From assembly GCA_046262595.1 (NCBI GenBank), contig JBHEMM010000046.1:1-16184 (forward strand): DNA of 16,184 nucleotides, read 5' to 3'. The notes under the pieces were generated by a model. The model made no database searches. It worked only from the letters and a program-made list of their open reading frames with translations, and was not told where the DNA came from. A program made the position numbers and the translations under genes. Origin of the DNA: Vulcanimicrobiaceae bacterium. GTDB lineage: Bacteria; Vulcanimicrobiota; Vulcanimicrobiia; Vulcanimicrobiales; Vulcanimicrobiaceae. Positions 14,362 to 16,184 of the stretch are shown here, in pieces. Each line of letters begins with the position of its first letter. The first letter of the stretch is position 1.

Positions 14362-15048
14362 ATGCTGACCGGCCTGCTGACGTGGTTCTCGGGGAGCCCC
14401 GAAAACCGGCGGCGCTATCCGCGCCGCACGGGCGGAGCGCGCGCGTGGGTCGCCTCGGAGAAGGCGTGGACGGCGCTGGGAGTTATCGACGTTTCGGCCA
14501 GCGGCATGGGCGTGATCTCGCCGCGCAAATTCGAGAAAGACGAACTCAATTTCCGTCTCGTGGTCGAAGAAAAACCGCTGCTCGTACGCGCTAAGCAGAT
14601 GTGGTGCACGCCCGGCACGCTGCAGGGAAAACCCGTCTGGCGCTACGGCGTGCACTATACCGGCATCGCGGCCGACGACTGGGATGCGCTCGTGCGCTTC
14701 TGCAGCGGCGGCACAGTCGACGAAGCGAACAAGGGCCAGCAGGATCTCTCGCTCATTCGAATGCAAGCCGACGATGTCTCGCGGCTCATCCCGCTGCGGC
14801 TGCAGTGCCGCCTGCTCGAGATGCTCGTGCAAATCAAGCGCTTGGCGCCGGTCGACGAAAAGACGCCGCTCGTGCAGTACTTTTACGGCGGCCTCCTGCA
14901 GCGCGGCGGCAAACCCCGCCACCGCCTTTCGATTCACTCGCGCATCGTGGAAGAACTCAACGCTGAAACCAAAGCATACGATACGCAGTTTTACTTCGAT
15001 GACGCCGGTAACGATATCGAGATGCTCGCCGGCGGGGGAGAAGCATGA
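14362..15048 (+). CDS. PilZ-domain protein (putative c-di-GMP receptor) with an unassigned C-terminal domain
   Basis: ENRRRYPR (RxxxR) and IDVSASGMG (D/NxSxxG), then VRAKQMW...RYGVHY. About 110 further residues follow. Start taken as ATG 14362. Confidence 0.75.
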   Translation: MLTGLLTWFSGSPENRRRYPRRTGGARAWVASEKAWTALGVIDVSASGMGVISPRKFEKDELNFRLVVEEKPLLVRAKQMWCTPGTLQGKPVWRYGVHYTGIAADDWDALVRFCSGGTVDEANKGQQDLSLIRMQADDVSRLIPLRLQCRLLEMLVQIKRLAPVDEKTPLVQYFYGGLLQRGGKPRHRLSIHSRIVEELNAETKAYDTQFYFDDAGNDIEMLAGGGEA

Positions 15049-15437
15049 AAACCGATGCGGAATGGCGCGAGCAGCTGGGACGAGCGCGGTATCACATTTT
15101 GCGCGAGGCGGGCACGGAGCCGCCTTTCAGCGGCAGCCTGCTCGAAGAGCGCGGTCCGGGCATGTTTGCTTGCGCGGCGTGCGGCGAAAATCTGTTCGCA
15201 TCGGAGGCGAAGTTCGATTCCCACTGCGGATGGCCAAGCTTCACGCATCCGGATCAGCAACAGCGCGTCAATCTGATCGACGATAACTCGCTCGGGATGC
15301 ACCGCGTCGAGGTGCGCTGCAAAGCTTGCAACTCGCACCTGGGCCACGTATTCGACGACGGCCCGGCGCCCCGCCGCACACGCTACTGCATCAACTCGCT
15401 CTCGCTAACGTTTAAACCCTCGCCCGTGTCATCCTGA
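15045..15437 (+). CDS. msrB: Peptide-methionine (R)-S-oxide reductase MsrB (Zn-binding type)
   Basis: GTEPPFSG, CAAC and CKAC Zn motifs, KFDSHCGWPSF, HLGHVFDDGP, RYCINS. Confidence 0.97.
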   Translation: MKTDAEWREQLGRARYHILREAGTEPPFSGSLLEERGPGMFACAACGENLFASEAKFDSHCGWPSFTHPDQQQRVNLIDDNSLGMHRVEVRCKACNSHLGHVFDDGPAPRRTRYCINSLSLTFKPSPVSS

Positions 15438-16184
15438 GCTTCTGGAAGGACGACATCTTCGATCGGCGCGGCATCCCGGGGCGTGCGCCGACCCTTGTCT
15501 TTCTGCACGAAGGTTTGGGATCCGCGCAGCTGTGGCGCGACGTTCCGGATCGTCTGGCGCGGCAAACCGGCTGCGCGGCTCTGGTCTACTCGCGCTACGG
15601 GAACGGCCGCGCGCCGGTTCTGCGTGAAGCGCGCACCGTGAACTACATGCACGAGGAAGCGCGCACCCTCCACCGGGTGCTCGAAAGGCTGCAGATAAAC
15701 GACGCAATTTTGATCGGCCATAGCGACGGCGCATCGATTGCGCTGATCGCCGCAGGTGCCGGCGACCGGCACATCCGCGCCTGCGTCTTGCTCGCGCCGC
15801 ATGTTTTCGTGGAAGACCATTCGCTGCACGGCATCGCCAAAGCTCGCGATCTCTACGAGTCCACCGATTTGCACGCGAAGCTTGCGCGCTATCACCGCGA
15901 TGCGGACGCGACGTTCTACGGATGGAACCGCATTTGGCTCGACCCGGCATTTTACGCTTGGAATATCCGGCCGATCGTCAAAAACGTCCGCATTCCGCTT
16001 TTCGCGATTCAAGGAGCGGACGACGAATACGGAACCTTCGCGCAAATAGAAGCGCTGCACGCCGAGACGCAAGGCCCGCTTGAGATTCTGCATCTTGCGA
16101 ACTGCGGCCACAGCCCCCAACGCGATCGGACCGACGACGTGCTTCGCGCAATCGGCGGTTACGTCGGGCGGATCACCGCCGTAT
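15434..16184 (+). CDS. Alpha/beta hydrolase (runs off the window; start codon uncertain, non-canonical)
   Basis: Not in the ORF track. Frame 2 reads PTLVFLHEGLGSAQLWRD...VYSRYGNG...LIGHSDGASIAL...AIQGADDEYGT...CGHSPQRD, with Ser-Asp-His triad motifs. No stop before 16184. Confidence 0.9.
   Translation, partial: MSFWKDDIFDRRGIPGRAPTLVFLHEGLGSAQLWRDVPDRLARQTGCAALVYSRYGNGRAPVLREARTVNYMHEEARTLHRVLERLQINDAILIGHSDGASIALIAAGAGDRHIRACVLLAPHVFVEDHSLHGIAKARDLYESTDLHAKLARYHRDADATFYGWNRIWLDPAFYAWNIRPIVKNVRIPLFAIQGADDEYGTFAQIEALHAETQGPLEILHLANCGHSPQRDRTDDVLRAIGGYVGRITAV

Overview
A GC-rich bacterial window with no RNA genes, CRISPR arrays or recognisable mobile elements. The accessory-looking left half has the 3' end of a MarR-like regulator, then a three-gene envelope operon (CHAP-domain lipoprotein, secreted Gly/Tyr/Trp-rich protein, small lipoprotein). 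Converging on it is a minus-strand module: a large ATP-binding LuxR (LAL/STAND) regulator, a DUF5069-like gene, an unannotated 49-codon ORF and a double type-1-copper cupredoxin lipoprotein. The strongest unexplained signal is in this module. An 18-bp box occurs twice (17/18 identical), each time with the geometry box-22 nt-TAnnnT-7 nt-ATG, which suggests a LAL-activated leaderless regulon. The middle has an apparently truncated VOC gene with a tail resembling a glutamate racemase C-terminus, plus DUF1003-like, PAP2-like and small secreted-protein genes. The right half is housekeeping-like: dxs, secG (N-terminally extended), oppD/oppF-type ATPases without permeases, a PilZ protein, msrB, and an alpha/beta hydrolase with no canonical start codon that runs off the window. 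All family calls come from motif recognition by eye; no searches were run.
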